Positions 30,493 through 41,280 are shown, numbered from the stretch's first letter. The stretch: DNA of 64,000 bases from an uncultured Dehalococcoidia bacterium (GCA_964602845.1 CAZRSW010000010.1:1076-65075); one strand, 5' to 3'. Notes: a model not told the origin generated them from the sequence alone. Translations and numbers: made by a program.

Positions 30493-31650
30493 ATGCTGGA
30501 TTATTTAGGGACTCGAGGAATGTTTGATTCTGAAGATCGTCAGGTGCAGATGTACGCTCGGGAATTTTTGGAAGCGGAGGCGGCACCTCATATTGATCAA
30601 TGGTGGAATGATGAGCAATTCCCGAGTCATTTGATCAAGACTTTCGGAGATATGGGTTTCTTGGGGGCCAATTTACCGGAGGAATACGGTGGTGCTGGTC
30701 TAAACAATATCTCTTATGGATTAATCATGTATGAACTAGAAAGGATTGATTCCGGTCTACGGAGTTTTGCGAGTGTACAAAACGCACTTGTGATATACCC
30801 AATTTACCGATATGGGTCAGAAGAACAAAAGAGGACCTATTTACCCCAACTCGCGTCTGGGGCCCTGGTAGGCTGTTTCGGACTAACAGAGCATGAAGGC
30901 GGGTCGGATCCCGGAGGAATGATAACTAGGGCAACTCTAAGAGGGGACTCTTACGTGTTAAATGGGTCAAAGATGTGGATTACCAATGGGAATATAGCTG
31001 ACTTGGCATTAATTTGGGCTATGGATGATGAGGACATCGTAAGAGGGTTTTTAGTATCAACGGATCTGCCTGGGTGGTCTGCGAATTTGGTTAAGAGGAA
31101 GATGAGCATGAGGTCTTCCATAACCAGTGAATTGGTTATGGAAGACCTTGAAGTCCCGAAAACAGCTCTTTTGCCAGGAAGTGATGGTCTCTCCACTCCG
31201 CTGTCTTGTCTAACCCAGGCTCGCTATGGGATTGCGTGGGGGGCGTTGGGTGCTCTGGAAAGTGTATATGACGAGGCGAGAATATTTGCTAATGAAAGAA
31301 GCACTTTTGGCAAGGCCATTGCCAGCAGACAACTAGTTCAGGGTAAATTAGTTGATATGGTTTCAGATCATACAAAGGGTTTGTTATTGGCCTGGAGACT
31401 TGGGGTATTGAAAGATTTAAATGCATTAAAATATACCCATGTGTCACTTGCTAAGCGAGATAATGTCAGAGCTGCTCTCAGAGGGGCGAGAAGTGCTAGA
31501 GAAATTCTAGGTGCTAGTGGGATAACTCTAGATTATGGTGTCGTTCGGCATATGTTGAACTTGGAAACGGTCGATACCTATGAAGGGACAAGAGATATTC
31601 ACACGTTAATTGTGGGTCGAGATATCACAAACTTAAACGCGCTCACATAG
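30493..31650 (+). CDS. acyl-CoA dehydrogenase (glutaryl-CoA dehydrogenase-like)
   Basis: 385-aa ORF with GCFGLTEHEGGSDPGGM and YEGTRDIHTLIVGRDIT motifs. Confidence 0.85.
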   Translation: MLDYLGTRGMFDSEDRQVQMYAREFLEAEAAPHIDQWWNDEQFPSHLIKTFGDMGFLGANLPEEYGGAGLNNISYGLIMYELERIDSGLRSFASVQNALVIYPIYRYGSEEQKRTYLPQLASGALVGCFGLTEHEGGSDPGGMITRATLRGDSYVLNGSKMWITNGNIADLALIWAMDDEDIVRGFLVSTDLPGWSANLVKRKMSMRSSITSELVMEDLEVPKTALLPGSDGLSTPLSCLTQARYGIAWGALGALESVYDEARIFANERSTFGKAIASRQLVQGKLVDMVSDHTKGLLLAWRLGVLKDLNALKYTHVSLAKRDNVRAALRGARSAREILGASGITLDYGVVRHMLNLETVDTYEGTRDIHTLIVGRDITNLNALT

Positions 31651-31771
31651 AATCTATAACATTGTGCGGCGATGGGATTATTCTTGATACATAGGCCTAA
31701 CATAATTTAAGAATATGCTGACTGATCTTGCAGTAATGGCTGGATTTGCGTGGTGAAATGGTTCGTTGTGA

Positions 31772-32677
31772 TTAGAGTATTGAAACAGCGATAATCCCGC
31801 CAACTGTTAGAACAGTTCCTGTGGTTCTTATATACATTGCCTGACCCTTAAATGGTTCCTCGAAGATACCTATAAATGGCAAACTTAAAATCATACTGAT
31901 GATAAACACAAATAGTGGTCGTGTTGCCATCACTGTAGAGGTAAGGTAGACCTCCCCGGAATATATGGACAGAAATAAAAATAGACTAGCGAAAAATACT
32001 AACACGGCCTCTGTGCCCATTATATAAACGATCGATTTCGGTTTGCGGAATAAAGACTTAACGTTCCCGTATATTCCGGGTAGCATGATCAAGGAGCCGC
32101 AGGTTAATGACACTCCTATGTTGCGCCAAAATAATTGATGCCATAGGGATATTTCTTGGGAGATAGCTTTTGTGATGAATTGACTCAACCCAAATGCTAG
32201 ACTTGCCAGTAAAAGTAAGAATAAGGCTGAGATCGTACCTTTCGTCATATTGGGGTTTTTTGATGGTCCTAGTGAAACTAGTGCCGCTCCTACAACCGTC
32301 GTGAATATTCCGACCCAAGCTAGTCCCGTGACGCTTTCCCCTAAGAAAACCAATGCCAATAATGCAACGAATACCGGATAGGTGGATACCACGGGTACGA
32401 CACGAGAAACTTCTTGGGATGCTAATATGCTGAACATAATTATTAGATAGGTTCCAGATATGATTCCCGATAGCAATGATAAACTTATACTGGTAGTCGT
32501 AAATGAGGAATTAACAGTTAGAGGATAGATTAATAATGCTATGGAGAATTGAGCTATCCCAACCATAACGATAAATGTTTTAGCGTTAGGGACATGATGG
32601 GATATCAACATTTTATCTAGGACCGTCACAGTACCAAATGTGGAAGCACTTGCTAGGGCGAAAATAAGCCAGTCCAT
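31772..32677 (-). CDS. EamA/DMT family transporter
   Basis: 301-aa ORF with 10 hydrophobic segments in a two-EamA-repeat layout. Confidence 0.8.
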   Translation of the reverse strand: MDWLIFALASASTFGTVTVLDKMLISHHVPNAKTFIVMVGIAQFSIALLIYPLTVNSSFTTTSISLSLLSGIISGTYLIIMFSILASQEVSRVVPVVSTYPVFVALLALVFLGESVTGLAWVGIFTTVVGAALVSLGPSKNPNMTKGTISALFLLLLASLAFGLSQFITKAISQEISLWHQLFWRNIGVSLTCGSLIMLPGIYGNVKSLFRKPKSIVYIMGTEAVLVFFASLFLFLSIYSGEVYLTSTVMATRPLFVFIISMILSLPFIGIFEEPFKGQAMYIRTTGTVLTVGGIIAVSIL

Positions 32678-32894
32678 TGGGTCAACATGCTCCGGTATGA
32701 AATACCGTTGTCCGGGTTGAATAGCGGCATATTGATTGTATTTTATCTATCATTGGATATAGGCTCTTAACATTACTGATTTTTGCTGAACTAGTGCGAA
32801 GCAGTGTGATTCGTGGACGATAGATGGCAATTTTGGAGTTGGGTGACGACGTATCTTGGTTTATAGATTGCTTGACTTGTTCGGTGCAATCGAA

Positions 32895-34244
32895 TCATTT
32901 CGTATCTACCTCTTTCTGCATGGGATTTTGATCTATTTGGTGAACCGGTATTCCCTCTCTATAAATGTTACGCAGATTTTTTAGTGACCAACTCATGAAA
33001 ACTATTCCTATGAACATTATGCCTCCGCTAGTAAGCATGGTGGAAGCTGGAGACAGGGTGATAATCCCCTCAAATAGATTGATGTTTAGAAATGATTGGT
33101 CCGACAAAGCTCCGTTGACTAAGTTGATGCTTGCCATTATTCCGCCTATATGAACAGAGTAAATAGCACCAACACGACCACGTATTGAGTCCTCTGTTAT
33201 TGACTGGATCATAGTGTGCGTTAAGGTCATATAACCGGCTTGGGAGGCGCCCATTATGATTGCGCCTATTATCGCCATAGGCATGTTAACTGAGAAGGCT
33301 AAAATGACTGGTGCTAGTCCGCTTATCAGTCCTAAGTTTAGGAACAGCCGTCCCTTTGTTGACTCAGCCTCTATCCCTGATAATGTAATCACGCTGATTA
33401 AAGCACCAGCGCCTATTGCCATCATCAATAAACTAAAATCACACCCTTGGTTGGCTCCCAGTTGGGATACCGATAGAACAGGTAGAACAGATTCAAATGA
33501 CATTGTGAGTCCACAATGGAAAAATGCCATTAATACTATTGCGGAAAGTTGAGGGTGTTTGTAAACGTAAGGTATACCCTCAATGAAATTTTGTATGAAT
33601 CCTCTAGTTTGGTCTATCTTACCTGTCGAGAAAGTTCTTATTCTGAGAGTTTGAATAAGGCTTATAGCATAAAACCCGGTACACAATAGAAAGGCCCATT
33701 CTATGCCAACAGTGGCTAGCAGCGGGCAGATTAGTAGAGGACCAAAAAGCCTGGATCCGTGCATCGTTGCTTGACTCAAAGCTACCGCATTTAACAAGAG
33801 TCTCTTAGGGACTAGATTCGGTAGAAGTGCTTGCCCCACAGGCATTTGCGCTGCCCTGGCGGAACCGTTTACGAAGGCAAGTGCCATTACTTGCCACATT
33901 AAGATATCACCTAGGAAAATTAGGCCCGCTAATATGAGATTATGGCCCAAGTTCAAAGCGAACATTGCTGCCATCACGTGGCGTCGATCAAATCGGTCTG
34001 CTAGGTAACCGGTAAAGGGTGGTATGAGTACTCTTGGTACCATCGCTAGGAAAGTGACCAGACCTACATAGAGGGATGAGTCAGACATGTCCCATATCAG
34101 CCAGCCCCTGGCGACTATTAAGGCCCAAGCTGCAGCTCCTGACGATAGGTTTACTGTCCAGAGTGTACGATAATCAGTATATTGAAGTGCGGCTAGAAAA
34201 CGAGATGAAGTTAATCTATTGGAAGTCAAATTTTGCTGTTTCAC
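32895..34244 (-). CDS. MFS transporter
   Basis: 449-aa ORF with a GYLADRFDRR motif between TM2 and TM3 and about 12 TM segments. Confidence 0.8.
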   Translation of the reverse strand: MKQQNLTSNRLTSSRFLAALQYTDYRTLWTVNLSSGAAAWALIVARGWLIWDMSDSSLYVGLVTFLAMVPRVLIPPFTGYLADRFDRRHVMAAMFALNLGHNLILAGLIFLGDILMWQVMALAFVNGSARAAQMPVGQALLPNLVPKRLLLNAVALSQATMHGSRLFGPLLICPLLATVGIEWAFLLCTGFYAISLIQTLRIRTFSTGKIDQTRGFIQNFIEGIPYVYKHPQLSAIVLMAFFHCGLTMSFESVLPVLSVSQLGANQGCDFSLLMMAIGAGALISVITLSGIEAESTKGRLFLNLGLISGLAPVILAFSVNMPMAIIGAIIMGASQAGYMTLTHTMIQSITEDSIRGRVGAIYSVHIGGIMASINLVNGALSDQSFLNINLFEGIITLSPASTMLTSGGIMFIGIVFMSWSLKNLRNIYREGIPVHQIDQNPMQKEVDTK

Positions 34245-34578
34245 CTCAAAAATAAAGTATCGGGAAGGTCTAGAACTCGAGCCAATAGTGGGAAGATACC
34301 TATTGTCGATATGTTATCACCGTATCTTTCCTTATCAATCTAATTCAAATGAAAGTTTGGCGTAAGAGGTATGCGATATGTGGTTTCTTTGGGGCATTAT
34401 TTTGTAAGGTGGATTGACGAGTTGGGAAATATTCAGATTCATATCGAGATATTCCCGTCAGATAGTATTCATGAAATCACACAGTAGTTCTGCTAGACAT
34501 AATGTTTCCAAATGAATTATTCTTTCATCCGTTTCCTTATAATATTTAGATGTTCGGGAGAACAATTAGGGAGGATCT

Positions 34579-35637
34579 ATGGCTAATTACAAAGTGATTT
34601 CCCAGAAGCCTGCTGGTGTGACATTTGATTTGGCTGATGGGGAATATCAGTTAGAACGTCGTTCCCTTGATCCAATCGGGGCAGAGATTATAGAAGTGGA
34701 TGCCACTACTGAGGAAGAGTTCATCGCAGAGGCTAGGGATGCGGATGCCATTATAGCCAGAGGCCGTAAAATAACTCGAAATATTATAGAAAATTTGGAG
34801 AACTGTAAGGTTATCTCGCTCGGGAGTGTAGGTGCTGACTCGGTGGATGTTCAGGCTGCCACGGAAAAAGGCATCCCAGTCACCAATGTACCAGACACCT
34901 TCATAGAGGAAGTAGCGGATCATACGATGGCCTTACTTTTAGCGTCGTTTAGACGGTTAAATTTAATGGACCAAATGGTTCGAGAGGGTAGATGGTCCGA
35001 GGGGCGACCGTTTTTATCTCAAATTCCGCGGTTGTGGGGTCAGACTTTGGGATTCATATCTTTCGGGCACGTTGCACGGGCTACGGCGATTCGTGCCAGA
35101 GCTTTTGGAGTTCATTTAATAGCTTTTGACCCGTATATTGAAGAGCTAATGATGACTGAGCATGGAGTGGAACCGATGAGTAGCCTAGAGGATTTATTAG
35201 AGCGTTCAGATTTTGTCTCTATGCATGCTCCTTCTACTCAAGAAGTTCACCATCTCATGTCAGAGGAACAGTTCAGATTGATGAAACCTACGGCGCTATT
35301 TATTAACAACGGAAGAGGGCCAACAGTTGATGAAAAAGCGCTGATTCGGGCGTTGGAAGAGAAATGGATTGCCGGGGCTGGCCTAGATGTTTTTGAGCAG
35401 GAACCTCCGGATCCAGAAAATCCTCTGCTGCATATGGAGAATGTCATTTTGTCACCTCACGTGGCCTCAGCCTCGGAACGGATGGCTCCCGAGACTCGTA
35501 GAAGAGTTGGGCATGAGATATCACTTGTGTTGAGCGGCAAATGGCCCCGCACATGCGTGAATCCCTCCGTCTTGGCCGATACTGCATTGAAGCGTTGGCA
35601 ACCGTATTCGATGGGACGTGGTCCAGGGTCGGGCTAA
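34579..35637 (+). CDS. D-isomer-specific 2-hydroxyacid dehydrogenase (CtBP-like)
   Basis: 352-aa ORF with NNGRGPTVDEKALIRAL, GAGLDVFEQEP and SPHVASAS motifs. Confidence 0.85.
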   Translation: MANYKVISQKPAGVTFDLADGEYQLERRSLDPIGAEIIEVDATTEEEFIAEARDADAIIARGRKITRNIIENLENCKVISLGSVGADSVDVQAATEKGIPVTNVPDTFIEEVADHTMALLLASFRRLNLMDQMVREGRWSEGRPFLSQIPRLWGQTLGFISFGHVARATAIRARAFGVHLIAFDPYIEELMMTEHGVEPMSSLEDLLERSDFVSMHAPSTQEVHHLMSEEQFRLMKPTALFINNGRGPTVDEKALIRALEEKWIAGAGLDVFEQEPPDPENPLLHMENVILSPHVASASERMAPETRRRVGHEISLVLSGKWPRTCVNPSVLADTALKRWQPYSMGRGPGSG

Positions 35638-35877
35638 ATCAACATACTGCTGCGAGATTCTGGATACCAGAACATCTGGTTTGCTTGATCAACCATGATA
35701 ATATCTTGAACTTTACGACGTTTGCAGTGTGATCGCACGTTATTCGGAAAAATAAAATCTAGTTGAGACGGCATTCTGGATAGACACTTTTAACTGCAAA
35801 GTTCCTTTAAAAGTTCTGAGGCAACATTTTAAGAGTAAAATGTGTGTGGTGACTCTCTTGTGATCGGATAGTGGGGA

Positions 35878-35900
35878 TGCTAAAATTTCCCTGCTAAAAT
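35878..35900 (+). promoter_or_regulatory. two tandem extended -10 elements (TGCTAAAAT)
   Basis: TGCTAAAAT occurs at 35878-35886 and 35892-35900, just upstream of ino1. The same 9-mer occurs in the gltA promoter candidate. Confidence 0.35.
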
Positions 35901-35926
35901 GTTTTATCTGTTTCCCTGTCATTTTC

Positions 35927-37063
35927 ATGTTATGTCTGCCTTTAACCGCGGACGAGGAGAGTAAATTAACATTGGCTGAAATAAAGGTGGCGATAATTGG
36001 GGTAGGAAACTGTGCATCGTCTCTAGTTCAAGGGGTGACCAAATATGCAGATGCTACTCCTGAAGACAATATTCCAGGATTGATGCATCCTGTTTTAGGT
36101 GAATACGGTATAGGGGATATTAAGTTTGTGGCGGCCTTTGACGTGGATGCAAGTAAAGTTGGGAAAGACATTTCGGAAGCCATATTTCAGGAGCCGAATA
36201 ATACACTGAAATTTCAAGATGTACCGGATCTAGGGGTTAAAGTGCAAAGAGGTATGACTCATGATGGGATTGGTCGGTATACCTCTGATCTGATCAAAAA
36301 AGCTGAAGGTGGTACGGATGATGTTGCGGCTATCCTGAAAGAGAGAGAAGTTGATGTAGTGATAAATTATTTGCCGGTGGGATCAGAGGAAGCAACGAAA
36401 TGGTATGCGGAACAGGTCCTGAAAGCAGGGTGTGGATTTGTGAATTGCATACCGGTGTTCATTGCTAGTGGCGAGAATGATTATTGGCAGAATAGGTTTA
36501 GGGATGCAGGCTCTCCCATAATAGGGGACGATATAAAAAGCCAGGTTGGGGCAACGATTACCCATCGGGTTCTTACTAGACTATTCATGGATCGGGGAGT
36601 GGAATTAGAGCGTACCTACCAGTTGAATTTTGGTGGCAATACAGATTTTATGAACATGCTGGACAGAGACAGGCTGACGTCTAAAAAAATATCAAAGACA
36701 CAATCAGTAACTTCCCAGGTTGATTATGGTGTGACTGACGATAACGTTCATGTGGGTCCCAGTGATTTTGTGCCATGGTTGTCTGATAGAAAGTGGTGTT
36801 ACATACGGATGGAAGGCAAAAGCTTCGGCGATGTGCCTCTAAATTTAGAGTTAAAACTTGAAGTGTGGGACAGTCCAAATTCCGCTGGTGTAGTGATCGA
36901 TGCGGTCAGATGTGCGAAAATTGCTAAGGACCGCGGGATTAGTGGGCCTGTGACGGCGCCATCGTCCTATTTTATGAAATCCCCCCTAGTACAGTACACA
37001 GATGACGAAGCAAGAATGTTGGTTGAGGAATTTATTTCTGGTGAGGAGCATGCGCAGGGTTAG
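35927..37063 (+). CDS. ino1: inositol-3-phosphate synthase (myo-inositol-1-phosphate synthase)
   Basis: 378-aa ORF with [17 protein letters not shown] and [11 protein letters not shown] motifs. An alternative in-frame TTG start at 35972 is possible. Confidence 0.85.
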   Translation: MLCLPLTADEESKLTLAEIKVAIIGVGNCASSLVQGVTKYADATPEDNIPGLMHPVLGEYGIGDIKFVAAFDVDASKVGKDISEAIFQEPNNTLKFQDVPDLGVKVQRGMTHDGIGRYTSDLIKKAEGGTDDVAAILKEREVDVVINYLPVGSEEATKWYAEQVLKAGCGFVNCIPVFIASGENDYWQNRFRDAGSPIIGDDIKSQVGATITHRVLTRLFMDRGVELERTYQLNFGGNTDFMNMLDRDRLTSKKISKTQSVTSQVDYGVTDDNVHVGPSDFVPWLSDRKWCYIRMEGKSFGDVPLNLELKLEVWDSPNSAGVVIDAVRCAKIAKDRGISGPVTAPSSYFMKSPLVQYTDDEARMLVEEFISGEEHAQG

Positions 37064-37085
37064 ACCTTGAGCTAATAATCAACTT

Positions 37086-38258
37086 GTGGTTCGAGCTCAA
37101 TTAATCACAGGCGGGGTCCCTCCACATATAATGGATCGTAATCTACATATTGGTCTTTTCTCTCCGTATGACTTTTCATCCCATGGAGGGGTTAACCAAC
37201 ATATAAAAAACCTGCAAAAACAGTTTTTGCTTCAAGGGCACTCTTGTAAAATTGTTGCTCCTTCTTCCATAGAGCATACTTCTATCGATCGGAATTTTAT
37301 TCGTATGGGCGGGGTGGTGCCTATCCGATCACGAGGATCCGTCGCAAGGATTTCATTGTCCCTCTGGCTCATGCCAAAGATTAAATCTTTGCTTGCGCAA
37401 GAGGGATTTGATGTACTGCATCTCCACGAGCCATTTGCCGGTGCAATTACCGCCAGTGCACTTTCTGTAAGCTCAGGAACTGTTCCTGTAAAAGTCGCAA
37501 CATTTCATACTTCCAATGGCACTAACTTGTACAAGCTGGGCTTTGCTAAACTTGCTGCGCCATACTTCAGAAAACTCGATGGGAGAATAGCAGTGTCCCC
37601 TTCTGCTAGGGATTTTATAGCTAGGCACTTATATTCAGAATTCGAGATTATCCCAAACGGTATTGACCTTGAGGAATATGACATAGCTGAACCTGCCAAA
37701 GAATTGATGGATGGTAAATTGAATATCCTGTTTGTCGGCAGATTTGAGCAGAGGAAAGGTTTGCGTTATTTGATCTCGGCATATTGCAATTTACGGAGGA
37801 GCTTGGATGGAGTCAGGTTGATAATAGCTGGATCGGGAGAATTGGACCCTGATTCAGCCAGGATAATTGCCGAAAGAGGTTCTGAAGACATCTTGTTGAA
37901 GGTAGGGATATCAGACGAATATAAGGCTAGTTTATTTCGCAGCGCAGATATATTTTGTGCACCATCCACAGGAAATGAAAGTTTTGGAATCGTTTTATTG
38001 GAAGCTATGGCAACGAGCACGACTATAGTAGCTAGCAACATCAATGGTTATTCTTCGTTAATCATTAACGAGGAAGATGGATTCCTATGCCCTCCCAAGG
38101 ATGAAAATGCCTTGACTGAGATTCTTATACGCTTGGTAGGTGATAAAGCAATGAGGGAAAGGGTGGGCCAGAGTGGTCACAAGAAAGCCAGAGACTTTAG
38201 TTGGGATATCGTATCCAGAAAGGTTCTCGACTATTATAGTTTAGTTGGAAGGTTTTAA
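37086..38258 (+). CDS. GT4 glycosyltransferase, PimA-like
   Basis: 390-aa ORF with a GTG start (alternative ATG at 37131). It has an IGLFSPYDFSSHGGVNQH N-terminus and a C-terminal E-x7-E region (ESFGIVLLEAMA). Confidence 0.8.
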   Translation: MVRAQLITGGVPPHIMDRNLHIGLFSPYDFSSHGGVNQHIKNLQKQFLLQGHSCKIVAPSSIEHTSIDRNFIRMGGVVPIRSRGSVARISLSLWLMPKIKSLLAQEGFDVLHLHEPFAGAITASALSVSSGTVPVKVATFHTSNGTNLYKLGFAKLAAPYFRKLDGRIAVSPSARDFIARHLYSEFEIIPNGIDLEEYDIAEPAKELMDGKLNILFVGRFEQRKGLRYLISAYCNLRRSLDGVRLIIAGSGELDPDSARIIAERGSEDILLKVGISDEYKASLFRSADIFCAPSTGNESFGIVLLEAMATSTTIVASNINGYSSLIINEEDGFLCPPKDENALTEILIRLVGDKAMRERVGQSGHKKARDFSWDIVSRKVLDYYSLVGRF

Positions 38259-38310
38259 AATATTGTTGCTAAGGGACACTGAGACCAAATAAATAGGGCA
38301 AGCATGCTGC

Positions 38311-38916
38311 ATGAACAGAAATGATATTAGACGGATCCTGCAGAAGTACTTTGAAGATCCAGTTGTAGGCGGGTTCTCATATTTGGGTTTCTCTCCCAAC
38401 GGGGTGACAATTTTGGGATTAATGGTTGCTGGTTTGGCGGCTGCGGTAATATCCTTTGGATATCTTTGGGTTGGTGGGATAGTCATGCTAGCAGGAGCAT
38501 GTTTGGACCTCGTAGATGGATCGCTAGCGCGAAGGAAAGGACTAATATCGGATTTCGGTGCGTTATTAGACTCTGTTTTGGACAGATTACAAGAGGCAAT
38601 AATTCTGCTGGGTTTGTTGATTTACTTTCTCCGAGATTCCAATGATGTTGGGATTGTTCTGGTTTATACAACATTTGTGTCGTCTGTGATGGTTAGTTAC
38701 TTGAGGGCGAGATCTGAAGGTTTAGGGATTGAATGCAAAACAGGTCTTATGACGAGACCCGAAAGAGTTGTGATTATGTCTGGGGGCATTATTGCAAGTG
38801 CTTGGATAGAAGAGGGACTTTTCGCTTGTATGGCTGTTATTAGTGTTTTGGGTCTTATGACGGTAGCACAAAGATTGATTCACTCTTTTCGTATGTTTCG
38901 TCGTAAATCTGGATGA
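38311..38916 (+). CDS. CDP-alcohol phosphatidyltransferase (phosphatidylinositol-phosphate synthase-like)
   Basis: 201-aa ORF with the signature D-x2-DG-x2-AR-x8-G-x3-D-x3-D (DLVDGSLARRKGLISDFGALLDSVLDR). It is a multi-TM protein. Confidence 0.85.
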   Translation: MNRNDIRRILQKYFEDPVVGGFSYLGFSPNGVTILGLMVAGLAAAVISFGYLWVGGIVMLAGACLDLVDGSLARRKGLISDFGALLDSVLDRLQEAIILLGLLIYFLRDSNDVGIVLVYTTFVSSVMVSYLRARSEGLGIECKTGLMTRPERVVIMSGGIIASAWIEEGLFACMAVISVLGLMTVAQRLIHSFRMFRRKSG

Positions 38917-38935
38917 TTATGCAAACGATAAATAC

Positions 38936-40363
38936 ATGCATATGGTTGTCGGTGAGGGACATTTCTTAGTGATGGTTAAATTGGCAGGAAAGATAATACC
39001 GTATGCCAGTGCATGCTTGTTGTTCGTCATAACAGGAGTAGTAGAAGTTTATGCTGAAGGGTCGGGAGTGGAGGTTACAAATTTATCCGTTCAAAGCGAC
39101 TTTCCAAAGGGCATACGATTTTCTGTAACAGCGGAATCAAAGGATTTGATTGAAGAAATCAAATTGACACTGCGGACAGGTGAGCAGGACACGTCAGTTT
39201 ATGAGTATTTTAAATTTCAACCAAGCCAAAAAGTTGAATCGGAGCTTTATTGGCGGACTGGTACCAGTTCTAGGTACATACCGCCTGGTACGACTGTCAG
39301 ATACCAGATTGAAATAAGTACCTCTAGTGGTTTTATTGATAATAGTGTAGAGGAATTCTTATACCTCGATTCGAGGTTTGATTGGGATTCCATCCGAGAT
39401 CGTGACGTCACGGTTTTTTATCACGGTCCTGTAAAATCTAGGGCGGAAGATATAATGGAGTCTATCATTGATACTCTCGACGTTATGGGCCCTATACTTG
39501 GTGCGAGTATTGACGAACCGATAAGAGTTACGGTTTACAACAATGTGAAGGAAATGTTGGTGGCACTGCCTCCAGGCAGTACCACGATCAGGAGAGAATT
39601 GGTCACGGAGGGTCAGGCCTTTAGTGATGTTAGCAGTCTGCTTGTATTGGGTGGTGGTCGAATGTCCACGGGGACAGCATCTCATGAAGTGGCACATATT
39701 CTAGTATTTAGAGCTGGTGGACGGATGGTACCTTCTTGGTTGAATGAGGGGATCGCTGAATTCGCAAATGTTTCACCGAGCTTTTCCTACGATATAGCTT
39801 TGGACTACGCGGTAAATGCTGGTACTTTGCTCCCAATTACTTCTATGTCTGCATTACCAGGCAACCCCGAAGATGTAATAACATTTTATGGTCAGGCAAG
39901 TTCCATAGTAGAATATATGATCTTCCGCTATGGAGCTGTACCTCTCAGGGATTTGTTAAGCTATTTTAAAGAAGGTATGAATATTAATAATGCCTTTGAG
40001 AAAGCCTACGGTAAGAGTAAAACGGACTTAGAAAATGAGTGGAGGGATTTCATAGGTGCTCCTCTTTATGAAGTCGTAAATTTGGAAGAAATGCTTCCCA
40101 CAGCGATTCCTAGGACCCAAGTGAAGGCATTTACACTCACACCACAGGCTGACACTATGCCTGTGGGTACTCGTCCCAAAACAAATCCTGAAGTCGTCCC
40201 TACGCTTGAGAATCCGGGCGCAAAGACTTTATCAGTAGATGAGGAATCTCAGGATAATTTTATGGGGAGTTGTTCAGGAACCCGGACTAATGGTGTTGTC
40301 TACGGATCATCAGTGATCCTGATCGTTTTCACCTTCGGGTTATCTGCTAGGAAATTTCTGTGA
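38936..40363 (+). CDS. peptidase MA-like (Peptidase_MA_2) secreted/anchored metalloprotease
   Basis: 475-aa ORF with an N-terminal signal-like segment, HEVAHIL (HExxH) plus NEGIAEF, and a C-terminal hydrophobic anchor with a basic tail. Confidence 0.6.
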   Translation: MHMVVGEGHFLVMVKLAGKIIPYASACLLFVITGVVEVYAEGSGVEVTNLSVQSDFPKGIRFSVTAESKDLIEEIKLTLRTGEQDTSVYEYFKFQPSQKVESELYWRTGTSSRYIPPGTTVRYQIEISTSSGFIDNSVEEFLYLDSRFDWDSIRDRDVTVFYHGPVKSRAEDIMESIIDTLDVMGPILGASIDEPIRVTVYNNVKEMLVALPPGSTTIRRELVTEGQAFSDVSSLLVLGGGRMSTGTASHEVAHILVFRAGGRMVPSWLNEGIAEFANVSPSFSYDIALDYAVNAGTLLPITSMSALPGNPEDVITFYGQASSIVEYMIFRYGAVPLRDLLSYFKEGMNINNAFEKAYGKSKTDLENEWRDFIGAPLYEVVNLEEMLPTAIPRTQVKAFTLTPQADTMPVGTRPKTNPEVVPTLENPGAKTLSVDEESQDNFMGSCSGTRTNGVVYGSSVILIVFTFGLSARKFL

Positions 40364-40393
40364 AGGCTCTAAGCGCTGGCACATTGTTATATA

Positions 40394-41146
40394 ATGGTGC
40401 GGTTTGAAATATACGCCTTTCGATGTGGAACGTTAAGTAGCATGAATGATTATCCGGATTGGATGAAAGCTGTCGAACAGACCTATGTAGTTAAGTTTCC
40501 CAAGCAGCATCTAGCCACTTTTGGTACGACAAATATAAATTATTATGTGGTTACTGAGCCAATATATACAGCTATTGATCCTGAGAAAAAAGAACTTGAG
40601 GGGGTTATACGTAAGGGACGGGTTATAGCAGAAAAACCAGCTCTTATAACCCCCAGGTATGCTATGAATTTGAGTGGTTTCAGTGACGACGCATATGATT
40701 ATATGAAACGCGCAGCTCAAATATACGGGCCCAATAGCCCAGGTATCCTCTACAAGTATAGAAAAGAGGAAGGGAACTTGGATGTGGTCAGTGGTATACC
40801 TCAGGAGATTGCATGGAATATTAGTAATGAATTGGACAGGAAGAAGGACAATTTATCTGTTGTTATGGTTGGCATTGACGAATTTTGGGATGTAGCCCTA
40901 CTTAAATTTATATATGAGTTCACTTCATCTTCCATCTCATACAACACCCGTGAGTTTGATTCTTCTGGTTTGATGAATCCGATAGCATCTTCTGGGGGTA
41001 TTCCTAAGGCTGCCGTTAACCAGATAGAAGACATGTTCAGATCGGTTCAGAAAGGCGGTAGTGTTGATACTCTTAAGGATGAACTAGATAAGTGGGGGAT
41101 ATTTGAGCACTATGAAGAACGATTTCTGGATCTTTTCAGGGGTTGA
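40394..41146 (+). CDS. hypothetical protein
   Basis: 250-aa ORF with no motif I can assign. The real start is probably the internal MNDYPDWMK. Confidence 0.5.
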   Translation: MVRFEIYAFRCGTLSSMNDYPDWMKAVEQTYVVKFPKQHLATFGTTNINYYVVTEPIYTAIDPEKKELEGVIRKGRVIAEKPALITPRYAMNLSGFSDDAYDYMKRAAQIYGPNSPGILYKYRKEEGNLDVVSGIPQEIAWNISNELDRKKDNLSVVMVGIDEFWDVALLKFIYEFTSSSISYNTREFDSSGLMNPIASSGGIPKAAVNQIEDMFRSVQKGGSVDTLKDELDKWGIFEHYEERFLDLFRG

Positions 41147-41280
41147 TGGGTAATTAATGGGCGGATTGAGATTTTAGCCTATGAATTCCTTAAGGAAGTA
41201 AAAGGTTATTTGGAAGTAGTTTTTTGTTTTACTGGGGTCAAACTGGTGTGATATGTGGTACCATTTAGCTGTGAACTGCA

